A stretch of 64,000 nucleotides of DNA from Candidatus Latescibacterota bacterium (GTDB lineage Bacteria > Latescibacterota > UBA2968 > UBA8231): NCBI GenBank assembly GCA_965215195.1, contig CBDCDC010000002.1, forward strand, positions 3,264,001 through 3,328,000, read 5' to 3'. Under the pieces are notes generated by a model. It had not been told where the DNA came from, did no database searches, and was given only the letters and a program-made list of their open reading frames with translations. Shown one piece after another: positions 9,909 through 19,921 of this stretch. Each line of letters begins with the position of its first letter. Within the stretch, counting starts at the first letter, position 1. The translations under genes were made by a program, and so were the position numbers.

Positions 9909-10966
9909 TTACAAGTAGCCCAAGACATTCCCCGTCATACCAGTGAAGTAGTCAATTACCAGCCACATGCCCGCCACTACTACTTGGCCTAGGATCAACC
10001 CTAGAAAGAAAGGCCGAGTCCGGCTGTAGGCAGCGGATCCTCCGTACTTGAGCACAATCGAGTAGCCAGCAGGGCGAAGACGACTAGGCTGCCGAGGATA
10101 TCCAGCGGGCATAGATAGGTCAAGGCCATCACCAAAGGCAGAACGCGGATGGTCAGGCCCGGGAAGGGGCGGGGCAATTCAAGGTGGAAGCGCTTGGTAT
10201 AGAGTTCAAACAGCGGCAAGCCCGGCGTGAAGTATGCGCCGATATTGTAGAGCAGGGGCAACAAGACAACCCCGCAGCCGATCCAGAACAGACCCGAGCA
10301 GAAGAGGTCGGGCACCCGTCGCGGCCCGTCGAAGCCCCGCGTCAGATCGAGGGGCATCTGCGCCAGCGGGAAGGTGAGTTTCTCGGCTTCCATCCACTGG
10401 CGCTGGAATAGCACCACCAAGCAAAAGCCGAATACCACCATGGCCAGCGAAGCCCCCAGCCACTCGATAATCGCCCCGATCCAGCCGTCCCACGGCACCG
10501 CCGCCCCTTGAGGCAGACCCATCCAGAAGGTATCTAGCACCCGAGGAGAGGAGTCGGGAAAAGCGCGCCAAGGCAAATAGGGAAAGAGCAGGTCCGACCA
10601 CTGGTTTTCGGGCGTGGCCATGTAGAAGGGCGCTCCGATAATGGCGATCCAGTAGTCGCTCCAGCCCCACTGCGGCAGGGCACCCACCACCCAGAGCATG
10701 GTGAAAATGGTCAGCAATTCCCCCCGATTTAGGGCCAGCCGAGGCCACAAGTGCCCGCAGGCGGCATTGAGGAAAAGCCACAGCACAAAGGGCATAAAGG
10801 CCACCATGGGGAACTGCGAACGGACATAGCTCCCCGACCCCGATGCCTGTCCGACCTCGAGGATGAGGTAGTAGAATACAGCAACAATGGTCAGCCCCCC
10901 TATAATCAGGGCACGCAAGGTGATCCGAGGGGGCTTGGAGCCATCTAGTGAACTGATGTTGCGCAC
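9909..10966 (-). pseudogene. DUF6785/DUF6784-like membrane protein with large internal deletion and frameshift
   Basis: N-terminal ~300 aa align with the 14614/21487 paralogs (RGELLTIFTM, ATPENQW, QRQW..AEKL.FPLAQMPL). Near 10062 the sequence jumps in another frame to the C-terminal SIVLKYGG...PFFLGLILG...IDYFTGMTGN. Confidence 0.75.
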
Positions 10967-11061
10967 CTTCCTACCCTCTCAAAAATACCCCAATACATTT
11001 CCGGTCTTTCCGCTGTACACTACAAACTTGGCCCAAAATCAAACCGAGAAAAAACGGCCGC

Positions 11062-11197
11062 GCCTTCAAGTGCCCTGCGGAGCCGCCGAACTTGAGACGC
11101 CCAAGCGGTGAAGATACTGAATCACACCCAGTGTTGAACGCACCAGAGGGATCTCTTTTTTCGTACTCAAGTGGCGATCCGGCTCCAGGGAGGAGGC
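11062..11197 (-). ncRNA. Candidate short 6S-like rod-shaped RNA (strand not certain)
   Basis: Long imperfect hairpin: CCCTG/CAGGG, GAGCCG/CGGCTC, CGCC/GGCG, ACTTGAG/CTCAAGT, with a central bubble. Minus strand has an A-rich 5' bubble and TTCACC-GCTTGGGCGTCTCAAG, recalling the 6S 3' bubble element. Confidence 0.4.
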
Positions 11198-11201
11198 TTC
11201 T

Positions 11202-11591
11202 TTACGGGGTGTGGTCGCTTGCTGAAGGAACTTGGTAGGCGGTGTATTTGAGGTTTTTGCCCCGGGCCTTTTCTACTGGATAGCGCTGGGCCGAAATGGC
11301 CAATTTCTCCTCCAGCATTTGCGCGGCATCCAAGCCGAAGCGGTCGCACATGAGCAGGACAAAGTACAGGGCGTCGGCCAGTTCGTGGCCAATAGCCCGG
11401 CGGAAGGATTCGTCTTCTAGGCGGGTGGCGATCTCTTGGTCGGAGCGGAAGCGGAAGTGCTCCAAAACTTCGGCTGCTTCGGTAGAAAGACCAATGGCCA
11501 AGTCCTTGGGGGTGTGGAATTGCGCCCAGTCGCGCTCCTCCACAAAGCGGCGGATTTGGGCGGTGAGCTGGGTCAGCGTGGCTTCGCTCAT
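11202..11591 (-). CDS. MazG-like nucleotide pyrophosphohydrolase (dCTP diphosphatase type)
   Basis: FVEERDWAQFHTPKDLAIGLSTEAAEVLE...HELAD...RYPVEKARG. Confidence 0.9.
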   Translation of the reverse strand: MSEATLTQLTAQIRRFVEERDWAQFHTPKDLAIGLSTEAAEVLEHFRFRSDQEIATRLEDESFRRAIGHELADALYFVLLMCDRFGLDAAQMLEEKLAISAQRYPVEKARGKNLKYTAYQVPSASDHTP

Positions 11592-12739
11592 GGGTCCAAG
11601 CCCCGCACTAGCCGAACCCCAATGTGGCTAAAACGCCGGTCGGGCGCGTTCCAGCAGCGCTGGGCCGAGCGGGAAAGCAAAGCCGCGTCCTTAAAGCTGC
11701 CGCCGCGAAATACCCGAGCCGTACCCTCGGGCGGCCCTTGGGGATCGATCTGCGGCCCCCCCGGGTACGCACCCAACCAGTCGCCTACCCACTCCCACAC
11801 ATTGCCGTGCATATCGTATAGCCCCCAAGGGTTGGGCACTTTTAACCCCACTGGCTGAGCAGCCAGCCGCCCGGCAAGGGAACCATTGTCCGCCCACCAA
11901 GCGTGGCGGTCCAGCTCCTTTTGGGCATTGCCAAAAGACCACGGCGTCTTCGTGCCCGCCCGCCCAGCGTACTCCCACTCGGCTTCAGTAGGCAGCCGGT
12001 ACACCTCGGCACCGGCTGCGGCGTTGAGGGTGGCTATGAATTCTTGCACATCCTCCCAAGAGATGTACACGGCCGGCCGGTCAGCGCCCTCCTCCATTTC
12101 GCCGGCGTGGCGGCTCCACGGCCGCTCCCCGGTCACAGCCGTCCACTGGCGCTGGGTGATTTCGCACTGGCTTAGGTAGAAACCCCGGGTTAGGCGAACC
12201 TCGAGCTGAGGACCTTCGTCGTCGTTGCGGCCCGGCTCGCTTAGCGGCGAACCCATGGTGAAGGCACCCGGCTCGATCCACACCATATCCAGCCGCACAC
12301 CCGAGGCCAACTCTACGGCAATCGGGGGCTGCGAGCGGGAAGGCAATGGCTCGACAACGAGGGTAAGACCGAGGGGAACAGACTGCCCCGGGGCCAGATC
12401 CAGCTTGGCCGAGCCGCTGGCTACCAAGGCCCCAGCCGCATCGTAGCCGGCAACCGCAAATAGTCTGGCGGCACCCGCCGGGATCCCGGAGACGGTACCG
12501 ACGATGCGATCGCCATCCACGGCCAATATCCGGCGCATGGCTGGCATATCGGCCGCCGTGACCACTACCTCAACTCGGGCGAGCCTAGCGGCCACTTCAG
12601 CATCCACCTTAGCGGCTAGCAGCACGACTGCGCCGGCTTCCTCAGCCTCGGTGGGAGCTGCGCGGCGATCCCCACAAGCGAGCAGCCCTAGGAGGACGGC
12701 CAGCAGCAGGCTGGAGCCTATTTTCAAGCAGGTGTGCAT
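11588..12739 (-). CDS. Lipoprotein with FGE-sulfatase (SUMF1-like) domain
   Basis: Lipobox LLAC; FTMGS, EITQRQW, RLPTEAEWEY, PNPWGLYDMHGNVWEW, RGGSF; catalytic FGE cysteines absent. Start taken at ATG 12739. Confidence 0.85.
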   Translation of the reverse strand: MHTCLKIGSSLLLAVLLGLLACGDRRAAPTEAEEAGAVVLLAAKVDAEVAARLARVEVVVTAADMPAMRRILAVDGDRIVGTVSGIPAGAARLFAVAGYDAAGALVASGSAKLDLAPGQSVPLGLTLVVEPLPSRSQPPIAVELASGVRLDMVWIEPGAFTMGSPLSEPGRNDDEGPQLEVRLTRGFYLSQCEITQRQWTAVTGERPWSRHAGEMEEGADRPAVYISWEDVQEFIATLNAAAGAEVYRLPTEAEWEYAGRAGTKTPWSFGNAQKELDRHAWWADNGSLAGRLAAQPVGLKVPNPWGLYDMHGNVWEWVGDWLGAYPGGPQIDPQGPPEGTARVFRGGSFKDAALLSRSAQRCWNAPDRRFSHIGVRLVRGLDP

Positions 12740-12781
12740 ATTTATATTGTAATGCAAGGTCTCCCAGTGCCCAAGCCTCCC

Positions 12782-14584
12782 ATGTGCCCACCCGTAGTTC
12801 CCTCCCAACCACAACGCCGCACTTGGCTCGTGCCGGCCCTCCTACTGGTGGGGCTGACCGCCGGGGCCTATGTACCGGCGATGAGCGGCGGTTTTATCTG
12901 GGACGACGACGACTACGTGCAGGACAACCTCGCCCTGCGCTCGCTAGCCGGGCTTGGGCAGATCTGGTTCCAGCCGGGGACCACGCGCCAGTACTACCCG
13001 CTAGTCCATACGACCTATTGGCTCGAATACCGTCTGTGGGGATTGGACCCGACCGGCTACCACGTGGTCAATGTAATCCTGCACGCCCTAAGTGCCGTTT
13101 TGGTCTGGCGGCTCCTAATCCGACTCAAAGTAGCCGGCGCTTGGGCTGCGGCCGCCCTATTTGCCCTGCACCCAGTACACGTCGAGTCGGTGGCGTGGAT
13201 TACCGAGCGCAAGAATGTGTTGTCCGGCGCATTCTACCTGAGTGCGGCATGGGCCTACCTGCGCTGCCAAGAAGCGCGCAGCCCGCGTCTGTACTGGGCC
13301 GCTTTGTTCCTTTTTGCCGCGGCCCTGCTCAGCAAAACCGTCACCTGCACCCTGCCGGCCGCCCTGTTGCTGGTGCTGTGGTGGAAGGGCCAAACGCCCA
13401 TGCGGCGCACGGCAGTAGCCCTCGTGCCGTTTTTTGCCCTCGGGGTGGCCATGAGCGGGGTGACGGTGTGGATGGAGAAGCACAGTGTCGGTGCTTGGGG
13501 GCCAGAGTGGGACTTGTCGCTGGTGGAGCGCGGCCTGATCGCCGGGCGGGCGCTGTGGTTTTACGCGGCAAAACTCCTCGTGCCGCTCGAGCTCGCGTTT
13601 ATCTATCCCCGCTGGAAAATCGACGCGACCGCGGTCTGGCAATACGTCTATCCAGCCGGAGCCTTGGGCGTCGGAGCCCTGCTGTGGGCTTTTCGGGAGC
13701 GCTGGGGGCGGGGGGTGCTGACTGGGGCGTTGTTTTTCGCCGGCACCCTAACGCCAGCCCTAGGCTTTTTCAACTTCTACCCCATGCTCTACTCCTTTGT
13801 CGCCGACCACTTCCAATACTTGGCCAGTCTGGGGCTTTTGGCGCTGGTCGCCGCCGGTGGGCATCGCACGTGGACGCGGCTGGGCCGACCGGCGGCCGGG
13901 CCGGTCGCACTAGCGGTGGCCTTGGCACTGTGCGGTCTGCTCACTTGGCAGCAAGGGCAGGTCTATGCCGATCTGGAAACCTTGTGGCGCGATACCCTCA
14001 AAAAAAATGCCGGCGCTTGGATCGCCCACAACAACCTGGCCAATATCCTCAAAGAGCGCGGCCAGCTCGACCAAGCCATCGGCCACTACCGGCAAGCTCT
14101 ACTGCTAAAGCCCGGCAGCGCCCAAATTCACCTCAACCTCGCCGACGCGCACCGAGCGCGGGGCGAGCCTGCCGCAGCCATGCGCCACTACGGCCGCGCC
14201 TTAAACGCCGAGCCAGACCGCGTCGAAACCTACCTCAAACTGGGCAACGCCCTCCTCGGCCAAAACGCGGTCGCCGAGGCCATTGAACACTACGGCCGCG
14301 CCCTCCGACTGGCCCCGGACCTCGCGTTGGCGCACAGCAATCTGGGCGCGGCCTTGGCGATCCAACGACGAGACGCCGAAGCCATCGAACACTATCAACG
14401 CGCCCTACAACTCAACCCCGACTTTGCCGAGGCGCACAACAATTTGGGGCGGCTCTTAGCTCTCCGGGGTCAGTTCGCAGAAGCCATCGACCACTATCGA
14501 CGCGCCTTACAACTCAAACCCACCTACCGCCAAGCTCGAGCCAATCTCGCCTCGGCCCTGCAAGCGGTGGGGGCCGATCCCTAG
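12782..14584 (+). CDS. TMTC-like GT-C glycosyltransferase with C-terminal TPRs
   Basis: FIWDDDDYV.DN, YYPL, YHVVNVILH, LFALHPVHVESVAWITERK, ADHFQYLA, then several TPRs (AHNNLA/AHSNLG/AHNNLG). Start uncertain (12734-12782). Confidence 0.8.
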   Translation: MCPPVVPSQPQRRTWLVPALLLVGLTAGAYVPAMSGGFIWDDDDYVQDNLALRSLAGLGQIWFQPGTTRQYYPLVHTTYWLEYRLWGLDPTGYHVVNVILHALSAVLVWRLLIRLKVAGAWAAAALFALHPVHVESVAWITERKNVLSGAFYLSAAWAYLRCQEARSPRLYWAALFLFAAALLSKTVTCTLPAALLLVLWWKGQTPMRRTAVALVPFFALGVAMSGVTVWMEKHSVGAWGPEWDLSLVERGLIAGRALWFYAAKLLVPLELAFIYPRWKIDATAVWQYVYPAGALGVGALLWAFRERWGRGVLTGALFFAGTLTPALGFFNFYPMLYSFVADHFQYLASLGLLALVAAGGHRTWTRLGRPAAGPVALAVALALCGLLTWQQGQVYADLETLWRDTLKKNAGAWIAHNNLANILKERGQLDQAIGHYRQALLLKPGSAQIHLNLADAHRARGEPAAAMRHYGRALNAEPDRVETYLKLGNALLGQNAVAEAIEHYGRALRLAPDLALAHSNLGAALAIQRRDAEAIEHYQRALQLNPDFAEAHNNLGRLLALRGQFAEAIDHYRRALQLKPTYRQARANLASALQAVGADP

Positions 14585-14613
14585 AAACCGGGCCGTCGGC
14601 TGGAGTTGATCGC

Positions 14614-16590
14614 TTGCAACCAAAGATACCACCGGACTATCAGACCTATCTAGCGCGGCGCAGGGGTCCCAAGTCCCACCGCGACCTCCGGGCGACCGTC
14701 ACTTGGAGGGGCATCCTAATGGGGTCTTTGCTGTGTGCGCTCATCGCCGTAGGCGCTCCCTACGCCCGGCACATCGTCAAAGGGACCGCCCTCGCCCTGA
14801 CATCCGCCACTCCGGTGGCCTTTTTCCTGCTCTTCGTCCTGCTGTTGACCTTGCACCTGCTCTTGGGTCGTTGCCGCCGCGCATGGGCTTTTACCCGCGG
14901 CGAACTGATCACCATTTTCGCGATGATGACCGCGGCCGCGGCCATACCCACCAAAGGCGTGGTCAGTATGCTGCTGCCCATCATCACGGGCTCCTTGTAC
15001 TACGCCTCGCCCGAAAACCAATGGGCCGCCCAAGTCCACCCCTTGCTACCCCGGTGGATTTTGGTCGATGATGCCCAAGCCGTCATTGACTTTTACGAAG
15101 GCGGTGGCCCCATCCCTTGGGCCCACTGGCTACGGCCGCTGGCGGCGTGGTTTTCCTTCTACGTGGCTTTGTACCTGACGCTCCTCTGCATCAGCGCGAT
15201 TCTGCGCCGCCAGTGGGTCCAGTACGAGCGCCTCGCCTATCCCCTCGCCCAAGTGCCGCTAGCCATGATTGACGAGGGGGCCGAAAACCGCCTGCTCAAG
15301 CCCTTTTTCAGGAATTGGGTCATGTGGGCAGGTTTTGCTATTCCCTTCTTTCTCACCAGCCTCGGGGCCTTGCACCACTACTTTCCCCAAGTGGCCGTCC
15401 CGGGACTCTCTACGGCGGTGCAGCCGATCGAAGGCGGCCGCAGTCTCCAGTTAAACATCCACTTTCTCATGCTAGGCTTGGCCTATTTCATCAATCTCAA
15501 CATCGGCCTCAGCCTGTGGTTGTTCTATCTAATCGCCTATTTCCAAGACGCGGCCTTCGGCGTGATGGGCATTCACAGCCAAGCCGATTTGGGCCACTGG
15601 AGCGTTCCAATCAGAGGACACCTCATGCTGGGGGCCATCGCGGTCTTGCTAAGTGCAGTCTTGTGGAACGCTCGGCACCATCTCAAAGCTGTCCTGCAGC
15701 GCGCTTGGGACAGAAGCGACGCGATAGAAGACCAAGGCGAAATTATGTCCTTCCGGGCCGCTGTAGTCGGCACTGTGGTTGGCGTAGCGAGCTTGTGGTT
15801 TTGGCTGTGGCAAACCGGCCTCCCCGCTTGGATCGCCCTACTCGTCTTGGCAGTCGGTCTGACCATTTTTGTCGCTTTGGCCCGCGTCATCGCCGAGACC
15901 GGCCTGCCGATTGTCAAGCCCACCATGATCCCGGCCGGTTTTACCTTGTCTGGCATAGGTTCTTCGGTGCTGGGGCCCCAAGGGACGGTAGCCTTGGGCT
16001 ATACCATGGTGTGGTGTGGCGACTTGCTGGTCTTTATGATGGCACCCTTGGCCAATGGCCTGCGCTTGGTCAGCGACTTAAAAAGCGGACAGCGCCGCCT
16101 CTTTTGGGCCTTGGCCGCCGCCATGCTCCTCACGTGGGTGCTGTCCATGTGGTACACCCTGCATCTGGCCTACCGCCACGGCGCCATCAACCTGTACCTT
16201 TCGACGCACTATGCCACCGAGCCTTCGCGCTTGGCGGCCCGGCACCTCCTCGATCCCACCGGGCCGAGCCTAGCGGGTTGGCTGTGGACTGGCGGTGGGG
16301 GCGCGATTATGGCGGGCTTGCTGGCGGCCCGGCGCTACCTGCTGTGGTGGCCCCTGCACCCCCTCGGCTTTGTCGTCGGCTTCGGCCGCGTGATGGAGCG
16401 CATCTGGTTTGCGGTATTCTTAGCTTGGCTGAGCAAAAAGTGCCTGCTGCGCTTGGGGGGCGCGGCCGCGTACCGCAAAATGCAGCCCTTTTTCCTCGGC
16501 ATGGCCCTAGGCCACATTAGCAGCGGCGGCGTCTGGCTGCTCATCGACAGCGCGACCGGGACCGTAGGCAACCGCATTCCCCTCTATTGA
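14614..16590 (+). CDS. DUF6785/DUF6784-like polytopic membrane protein (putative transporter)
   Basis: Many TM segments; RRQWVQYERLAYPLAQVP, RVIAETGLP, WWPLHPLGF, PFFLG motifs. Confidence 0.7.
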   Translation: MQPKIPPDYQTYLARRRGPKSHRDLRATVTWRGILMGSLLCALIAVGAPYARHIVKGTALALTSATPVAFFLLFVLLLTLHLLLGRCRRAWAFTRGELITIFAMMTAAAAIPTKGVVSMLLPIITGSLYYASPENQWAAQVHPLLPRWILVDDAQAVIDFYEGGGPIPWAHWLRPLAAWFSFYVALYLTLLCISAILRRQWVQYERLAYPLAQVPLAMIDEGAENRLLKPFFRNWVMWAGFAIPFFLTSLGALHHYFPQVAVPGLSTAVQPIEGGRSLQLNIHFLMLGLAYFINLNIGLSLWLFYLIAYFQDAAFGVMGIHSQADLGHWSVPIRGHLMLGAIAVLLSAVLWNARHHLKAVLQRAWDRSDAIEDQGEIMSFRAAVVGTVVGVASLWFWLWQTGLPAWIALLVLAVGLTIFVALARVIAETGLPIVKPTMIPAGFTLSGIGSSVLGPQGTVALGYTMVWCGDLLVFMMAPLANGLRLVSDLKSGQRRLFWALAAAMLLTWVLSMWYTLHLAYRHGAINLYLSTHYATEPSRLAARHLLDPTGPSLAGWLWTGGGGAIMAGLLAARRYLLWWPLHPLGFVVGFGRVMERIWFAVFLAWLSKKCLLRLGGAAAYRKMQPFFLGMALGHISSGGVWLLIDSATGTVGNRIPLY

Positions 16591-16735
16591 GTGCTGGTGT
16601 CCAGCCTCGAAGCCTTTAGACGCCTGTTGGACGCCGACGAGTAGGGGCACCGCGTAACGGCGGCTGGATGGCGCAGACGGACGCTAAATAGATGCACAAG
16701 CAGACAAGCCGCTCAAGTTTTCAAATCATTCAGGA

Positions 16736-18109
16736 TTGCTATATCTTAGGGCCGCTATGCCGACCAGCGAGCAAAAGACGTACTCGACCTTCTGCGTCCT
16801 CTGGGGCTTGGCAACGCTTTTTCACCTTGTTGCCAAAGATCCATGGCCGGCTCCTCTGCTCAGCACTCTAATCGCTGCGGCCGCTCTCTATCTGCTGCAC
16901 CAGCCGGCCGCACCGCACCGCCTCGTATTGCTGGCAGTCCTACAGGTGTGCGAAAGCTGGACGAGCGCTCCTTTTATCTCCAATCACCATCTCTTCACCG
17001 GGCTAGTGAATCTGACGCTCCTCCAAGCCTACGTCCGCTTGGCGTGGGCCGGGCGCGCATTCGCCGTGGACCCGGGGGCCTTGTACCGAACCTTCGCCCC
17101 CATCGTCCGCCTCGAACTGATCATCCTCTACTTCTTCGCCGTCTTTCACAAACTCAACGCCGACTTCCTCGACCCCCAGATGAGTTGCGCGGTCCACTTC
17201 TACGCGGCCCAACTCCAGTCACTTCCCTTCGCTTTGGCAGGAGCGGCTCCCATCTATCTTACCCTAGCTGTCGAAACGGCCATTCCGCTCCTGTTGTGCT
17301 GGCCCCCCACCCGCAACGCCGGTATCTTGCTCGGTCTCCTCTTCCACGCGGCAATCGGTTTTAACCCCCTAAGCGAATTTTTCAATTTCTCCGCCATGGT
17401 TTTTGCCTTGCTGTTTTTGTTTGCTTCCCTGCGCCTCGACGCGGGCTGGCCGGCCCGGCGCTTTTGGGGACTGCCGCGGTGGGAAAGTGTGCCTTTTCCC
17501 GGCAAGAGCACACTCGCAGTTGGCGCGGTGTTGGGGGGGTTGGGGCTTTTGGTCGCGCTGGACGAGCTATTTGCCGCACCGGCCGAGTTGGTGCTCCCCT
17601 TGTGGGGACTGTACAGCGCGGGTCTAATTCTCCTTTTCGTCCTCCTGCCCAAAGCGCCTCCGGTGCGGCCCGCATTCTCGTTCCGGCCTTGGCCCGTGCT
17701 GCTAGTGCCTCTGCTGACCGGCCTCAACGGGTGTAGTCCCTACTTGGGGCTCAAGACCGAGACGGCGTTTGCCATGTATTCCAACCTGCGCACCGAAGGG
17801 GGGCAGAGCAACCACTTGGTGGTGCCGGCTGGGGTGCAACCGTTTGGTTTCCAGCGGGACCTAGTAGAAATAAAGGACTCTTCGTCCGGCTTCTTGGCCA
17901 GTCTAAGCCGGCGCAAACTAATGTTGCCCTTCTTTGAGGTGCGCGCCTTGCTCCAACAGCATCCCAACACCTCGCTCACCTACGAGCGGTACGCCGGTTC
18001 CAGTGCCTCCCCAGACGCGCAACTGCGGCAGCCGATCCCGTGGCCGCTGCGCAAATTGCTCTACTTCCGCCCAGTGGCCCCCAGCGGCCGCCAGCCCTGT
18101 CTCCACTAG
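16736..18109 (+). CDS. HTTM-like membrane protein
   Basis: Multi-TM; NHH, ILYFFAVFHKLN.DF, LLFHAAIG, FAMYSNL. Start may be ATG 16757. Confidence 0.55.
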   Translation: MLYLRAAMPTSEQKTYSTFCVLWGLATLFHLVAKDPWPAPLLSTLIAAAALYLLHQPAAPHRLVLLAVLQVCESWTSAPFISNHHLFTGLVNLTLLQAYVRLAWAGRAFAVDPGALYRTFAPIVRLELIILYFFAVFHKLNADFLDPQMSCAVHFYAAQLQSLPFALAGAAPIYLTLAVETAIPLLLCWPPTRNAGILLGLLFHAAIGFNPLSEFFNFSAMVFALLFLFASLRLDAGWPARRFWGLPRWESVPFPGKSTLAVGAVLGGLGLLVALDELFAAPAELVLPLWGLYSAGLILLFVLLPKAPPVRPAFSFRPWPVLLVPLLTGLNGCSPYLGLKTETAFAMYSNLRTEGGQSNHLVVPAGVQPFGFQRDLVEIKDSSSGFLASLSRRKLMLPFFEVRALLQQHPNTSLTYERYAGSSASPDAQLRQPIPWPLRKLLYFRPVAPSGRQPCLH

Positions 18110-18118
18110 GATCAGCGC

Positions 18119-19543
18119 ATGGACCAAGACTACGACCTCATTGTCGTAGGCACCGGCTTTGCCGCTTCGTTTTTTCTCTCGGCCTATCTAGCCCGGTGCC
18201 GCGCCGACGCCCGGATCTTGGTCTTGGAGCGAGGCCGGCGCGACACTCATGCTTGGCAACTGCGCCATCGTCGGCCAGCCAGCACCCCCCCTCAAGCCAC
18301 CTTTGTCAACCGCCACCGCCGCAAACAGTGGTTCTACACGCCAGCGCTGGGCGGAGGCTCCAACTGCTGGTGGGCGGTGACGCCGCGCATGATGCCCAGT
18401 GACTTTGCCTTGCACTCCACCTATGGGGTGGGCACCGACTGGCCCCTTAGCTACGACGAGTTGGAGGAATTTTACTGCCAAGCCGAAGCACTCATGGCCG
18501 TCTCAGGGCCGGCCGATGGAACCCCCCAGCCCCGCAGCCGGCCCTATCCCCAGCCACCCCACCGCTTTTCCCGACCCGATCAGCTGCTCAAAAAAGCCTA
18601 TCCAGAACTCTTTTTTCACCAGCCCACGGCCCGAGCCCGCTTGGCTACGACCCAGCGACCCGCCTGTTGCGCCAGCGGGGTGTGCGGCTTGTGCCCCATA
18701 GACGCCAAGTTCACGGTCCTCAACGAAATGGGCCATCTCTACGCCGACCCTCGCGTCGCGTTGGTGCTGGAGGCAGCCGTGCAGAGCGTGGAAACCACCG
18801 GCCGCACGGCCCGGGGCGTCCGCTACATAAAAGGCGGTAGCGAGGCGCAGGCGCAGGGCCAGTTGGTGGTCTTGGGAGCCAATGCCTTGTTCAATCCGCA
18901 CATTCTGCTGCGCTCGGGCTTGTCTCATCCCCTCTTGGGCAAATTCCTCCACGAGCAAGTCGCCGTCGGCGCGACCATAGACCTCGACGGAGTAGACAAC
19001 TTCCAAGGCAGCACCAGCATCACCGGGCATGGGTACATGTTGTACGACGGACCCCACCGAGCGCAGCGGGCCGGCTGTCTGATTGAATCGTGGAACGTGC
19101 CCACCCTGCGCTTGGAACCGGGCAAGTGGCGGCAGCGGCTGGTGCTCAAATTCCTCTTTGAGGACTTGCCCGCACCGCACAACCACGTCCGCATTGCTGC
19201 GGGCGACCCCACCCGGCCCGAAACCGCGTACCAGAACCACTCGGAGTATGCCCAGCGCGGCATTGACGCGCTCGCCGAGGCCCTGCCCGATCTTTTGCGC
19301 CCCCTGCCGGTGGAAAAAATCAACCTCAACCCGCGGCCTACCCGCACCGAGAACCACATCTTGGGCACCACGCCGATGGGCACTGACCCGCGCCGCAGCA
19401 TTATCGACCGCGGTCTGGTCCACCACCAAGTCCGCAACCTGCTGGTCTTGGGTAGCGGCGCCTTCCCAACCGGCTCGCCGGCCAACCCGACTCTCACCCT
19501 GTCGGCCCTGTCCCTGTGGGCGGCCCACCACCTGCTGACTTAG
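18119..19543 (+). CDS. GMC family oxidoreductase
   Basis: YDLIVVGTG FAD motif, LGGGSNCW, DWPLSYDELE.FY, CCASGVC.LCP Cys cluster, HILGTTPMG, SPANPTLT. Confidence 0.9.
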   Translation: MDQDYDLIVVGTGFAASFFLSAYLARCRADARILVLERGRRDTHAWQLRHRRPASTPPQATFVNRHRRKQWFYTPALGGGSNCWWAVTPRMMPSDFALHSTYGVGTDWPLSYDELEEFYCQAEALMAVSGPADGTPQPRSRPYPQPPHRFSRPDQLLKKAYPELFFHQPTARARLATTQRPACCASGVCGLCPIDAKFTVLNEMGHLYADPRVALVLEAAVQSVETTGRTARGVRYIKGGSEAQAQGQLVVLGANALFNPHILLRSGLSHPLLGKFLHEQVAVGATIDLDGVDNFQGSTSITGHGYMLYDGPHRAQRAGCLIESWNVPTLRLEPGKWRQRLVLKFLFEDLPAPHNHVRIAAGDPTRPETAYQNHSEYAQRGIDALAEALPDLLRPLPVEKINLNPRPTRTENHILGTTPMGTDPRRSIIDRGLVHHQVRNLLVLGSGAFPTGSPANPTLTLSALSLWAAHHLLT

Positions 19544-19546
19544 AGT

Positions 19547-19918
19547 ATGGCGGTCTGGAACAAGCGCCGCGCCTTTTTGGGGGCTATAGCCGCCCTGTCG
19601 CTGGGCGTCGGCCTAGGACGGTGGTTTTACCGCCCGCGCCGGCTCGCCGATCCTCGAACTGAGCAAATCGCGGCAACCGTGCGCCGCCTGCTGCCCTATC
19701 TGCGGATAGAGGATGACGCCTTGGCCCGTTTCGCCCAAGACCTGCTGGCGCGGGACCAGCAAGCGCGTTTGCAGGATGAGGCGTGGCTCGGCCAGCAGTT
19801 TTTGCTGTCGAGCGATTTCTTTTGGAATGGCGCCGATGGGGCAAAGGTCGTTGGCTACCGAGCCTACTACGACCCCTACGAACTCCCCTGCGCCAACCCT
19901 TTTGCCCATTGGCAGTAG
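19547..19918 (+). CDS. Small twin-arginine-signal protein, probable partner subunit of the GMC oxidoreductase
   Basis: KRRAFL followed by a hydrophobic stretch; FLLSSDFF...YYDPY..PC.NPF C-terminus; 3 bp after the GMC gene. Confidence 0.6.
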   Translation: MAVWNKRRAFLGAIAALSLGVGLGRWFYRPRRLADPRTEQIAATVRRLLPYLRIEDDALARFAQDLLARDQQARLQDEAWLGQQFLLSSDFFWNGADGAKVVGYRAYYDPYELPCANPFAHWQ

Positions 19919-19921
19919 GCC

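Noticed and set aside
11588-12739. FGE/CLec-fold gene as a DGR target
   Set aside because: No template repeat of its 3' end and no reverse transcriptase seen in the window.
16588-16644. 17 sense codons after the TGA of the DUF6785-like gene (readthrough or selenocysteine)
   Set aside because: The paralog ends at the equivalent position (NRIPLYY), and no SECIS-like support was recognised.
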